A model generated the notes under the pieces. It was not told the origin of the DNA. It saw only the letters and a list, made by a program, of their open reading frames with translations, and did no database searches. 64,000 bases of DNA from Cenococcum geophilum (taxonomy: Eukaryota). The translations under genes and the position numbers were made by a program. The DNA lies in contig CP158636.1 in assembly GCA_050273025.1 (NCBI GenBank), positions 5,890,001 to 5,954,000 of the forward strand, written 5' to 3'. Below are positions 61,388 through 64,000 of the stretch, in pieces (positions within the stretch are counted from its first letter, which is position 1; each line of letters begins with the position of its first letter).

Positions 61388-61978
61388 CGTTCTTTATTAA
61401 GAATTGGGAAATATAATTATCTAGTATACTTCCTGTCCTACTATATAAGAGATTCTTTAGTAATATTATCATACTATAAGTAAACTCTCCTCTCTATATA
61501 ATATACCTATATAACTAACTACTCTTAAGATAAGTAGGAGAGGATAGAAGCTTTACCGGCAATTAATATAAAGGCTTAGGTAGGGGGGGTATTAGAGAAG
61601 TAGGTATAGACGGGGAGGCCTTTATATATAAATATAATTCTAATTTAGAGCCGTAGATCTCTAAATATAATTATAAGTAACCTATATTACTTATATAAGG
61701 TAGAGAGCTAATTAACGCTAGCCCTATAAGGCCTATACGGCAACTCCACGTCATCTAGTAGGCCCTTACCCCTTTACTAAGTGTCGGAGTCTCCTAGGGT
61801 TCTATAGTAGGTGCTATAGAAATTACAAATAGCGGGATTATAGGGCTCGATATTCGTCGTACAACAAAAATTCTTAACCTATAGCGGTGGCAGCAAAAGC
61901 ACTAGAGGGTAAGGATTAAGTTATAGAACTAGAGGGTAATAAGAAATAGATAAAAGTTACTAAAATTTAACTGCTGGG

Positions 61979-64000
61979 TGTTACGGCACTGGCAAACTGC
62001 CGTTAGATTGCCGTAAATTGCCGTTACGTGACCAGAGGATTGTACATAACTTCGAGCGGCGCTGCTACTCTTCTCCTTTCCTTTCTCTAGCTTTAGATCC
62101 TCGTTTATAAACTACCAATCGTATAAGCTTACGCGTCCCTCTTGCCGTACTTATGCCTTAATTAACTAAGTTGCTAACATTATCTAAAGCTTATACTACT
62201 CTTTCTTCCTAAGAAGGAACTTAAATATATTTACAAACCTTAAGGACAGGATAGAACCCTAAGGATATTACTAGGACTATAAGGACAGAATAGAACTAAA
62301 AGGATACGTATAATATAAACCCTAAGAATAGAATATGCATAGACTAGGACCCCTAAAAATAAACAAACACCGGAAATTACCTAATACCCTTACTACTATG
62401 CCAAGAAACACAGCAGCCGGTAAAGCAGCCGTAGGACCCTTAACTACCTCCGATAGTAAAACAGTAACTAACTTAAACCCCTAGGTGGAGCTTATAGCAG
62501 CTAATGCCGAAATTAAACGACTTTAAGAGCTACTTAAAGCTAAAGACCCCCCTATACCTAGTAATAAGTTATTAGACACCTAGAGACTTGCTATAGTCCT
62601 TAAGGCCCTAGCCTAGCGTATAGTATCTATATTGTTGCGGTCAGCGAAGGTTACGGACCCCCTATTACTTATAGATGGAACTAACCCTATATTTAATAAC
62701 TAGAAGCTTTAACTATAGGATAAGCTTAAAGTTAATGCGGACTACTTCCCTACTACTTAAGCTAAGATGGTCTACGTCTTCGGCCGTACTAGTGAAGACG
62801 TATAGACGTACCTGCGTCCGCGATACGCCTAGGACTTAGTAGATCCCTTCCTCTCTGGAGACGAGATAATTGACTACTTATCGTCTATTTATAAGGACCC
62901 CTTTAAGGTATATAACGCCTACCTTAATTATAAGGGTCTAAATATGAAAACGACCGAAACCTTCTTAACCTTCTAGACCCGCTTCCTGCACCTAGCTGGC
63001 TAGGCCCGAATTCCCTAGGAAGATCTGCTGCTAGACCTATTTAATAAGCTTACCCTAGACCTGCAACAAGCTGTATTGCTAGTCTTTACTACCGTAAAGA
63101 CGCTAAAGGAACTTGCGGACTAGTGCTTAGCTATTAACTAAGGCCTTTAGCGAATTAAGGTACGTGCTAAGAGGTATAAAGCTAGAAACCCTCCTAACTA
63201 GACTATAAGCACTGTAAGAATAATATGTAGTGCTTCGGCACAATTGGTTAACCCTATAGTACCGGTTATACAGCCCGCCGTTAACCTAGCAGCTAGCTGC
63301 GTAGCTAGTCCCGCTACGGGTTTAGAGTATACCTGGCTAATATATAGCAACCCCTATAGACAGGCCCTTAGTAATTAAGGAGCTTACTTCTTATATGGCT
63401 AGAAGAACTACTTTGCTAAGGATTACCTAATAAATATAAAAGTAGGCGAGGTTCTATTAATCTAGGAGGATAGCGCGGAGTTAGAAAAAGAGGAACCCTA
63501 AAGAAAGACTCCTCTCTAGGGTTAAAAGGGATTGATATGTTATATATTAATCTGGGTCAGCTAGTTAGTGGAAAAAGCTACACTATCCCTTATACTTTAT
63601 TCCGCAATAGATATTAAGTTTTAACCTCTGTGTTAGCTAACTCTAGAGTAAATGCCTTTGCCCTAATAGATACCTAGTATACCGTAAAGCTAGCTAACCT
63701 TTTAAATATACCCCTTAAAGAACTGCCTAAACCAATTCCTATTCGCGGGTATAACGGACGGATAGGGCTACCTATTAAGACTATCTTGCGGATTTACCTC
63801 CGCGTTAACGGACGAAGGTAGTATAACGTCCCCTTTCTTATTATAGACTTAGGAAGTCACAATATAATCTTAGGGAGAAAATGGCTAGCCTATTTAGGCT
63901 TATAGCTCAATATACGGAACAGACGGCTTATCTAGCCTAAAACCTTACCCCTAACCCCTTCCTTTATAAAAGAAATTAGCATTATAATGGAAAACCTTAT
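61979..64000 (+). mobile_element. Gypsy copy G5, 5' part: LTR 61979-62179, gag from ATG 62398, protease; continues right of the window
   Basis: LTR TGTTACGGCAC...GCTAACA followed by TTATCTAAAGCT; gag starts MPRNTAAGKAAVGP; colinear with G2. Confidence 0.93.

Noticed and set aside
61705..61785. Second HDV-like ribozyme (CTCCACGTC between AGGCCTA and TAGGCC)
   Set aside because: Only a simple hairpin is evident; I could not assemble consistent P1, P1.1 and P2 pairings.
1..64000. Alternative genetic code or organellar DNA to explain the abundant TAA/TAG
   Set aside because: Stops vary between copies at CAA/CAG/TGG positions, as expected from RIP transitions.
1..64000. Assigning a species or named TE families
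   Set aside because: This cannot be supported without a database comparison.

Overview
This window is an AT-rich block of nested transposable elements from a filamentous ascomycete, heavily degraded by repeat-induced point mutation (RIP: TpA-rich, CpA/TpG-poor, with in-frame TAA/TAG where CAA/CAG/TGG are expected). I found no intact host gene; the supplied ORFs are fragments or antisense artefacts of decayed elements. LTR ends and target-site duplications (TSDs) resolve almost the whole window. An outer + strand Gypsy/chromovirus (G3, 33112-61114, 5' part left of the window) contains a - strand Gypsy G1, a near full-length Tad-like LINE, a solo LTR, Gypsy G4 (with Copia E in its 3' LTR) and Copia A2. 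G1 contains Copia B (holding Copia A1) and Gypsy C (5493-32173). C contains Copia D (holding a non-autonomous LTR element F), a solo LTR, and three insertions in its 5' LTR. A further Gypsy, G5, starts at 61979. The most notable observations are: (1) a 939-bp SINE-like, internally deleted LINE whose 5' end coincides with an HDV-like self-cleaving ribozyme fold; (2) a spliced antisense accessory gene with Zn2Cys6-like cysteine spacing inside Gypsy C; (3) a ~43-bp palindromic module shared by Copia elements and element F; (4) a Copia 3' UTR segment captured by a Gypsy. Protein readings are manual de-RIP reconstructions, internal domain coordinates are approximate, and element letters are my own labels.
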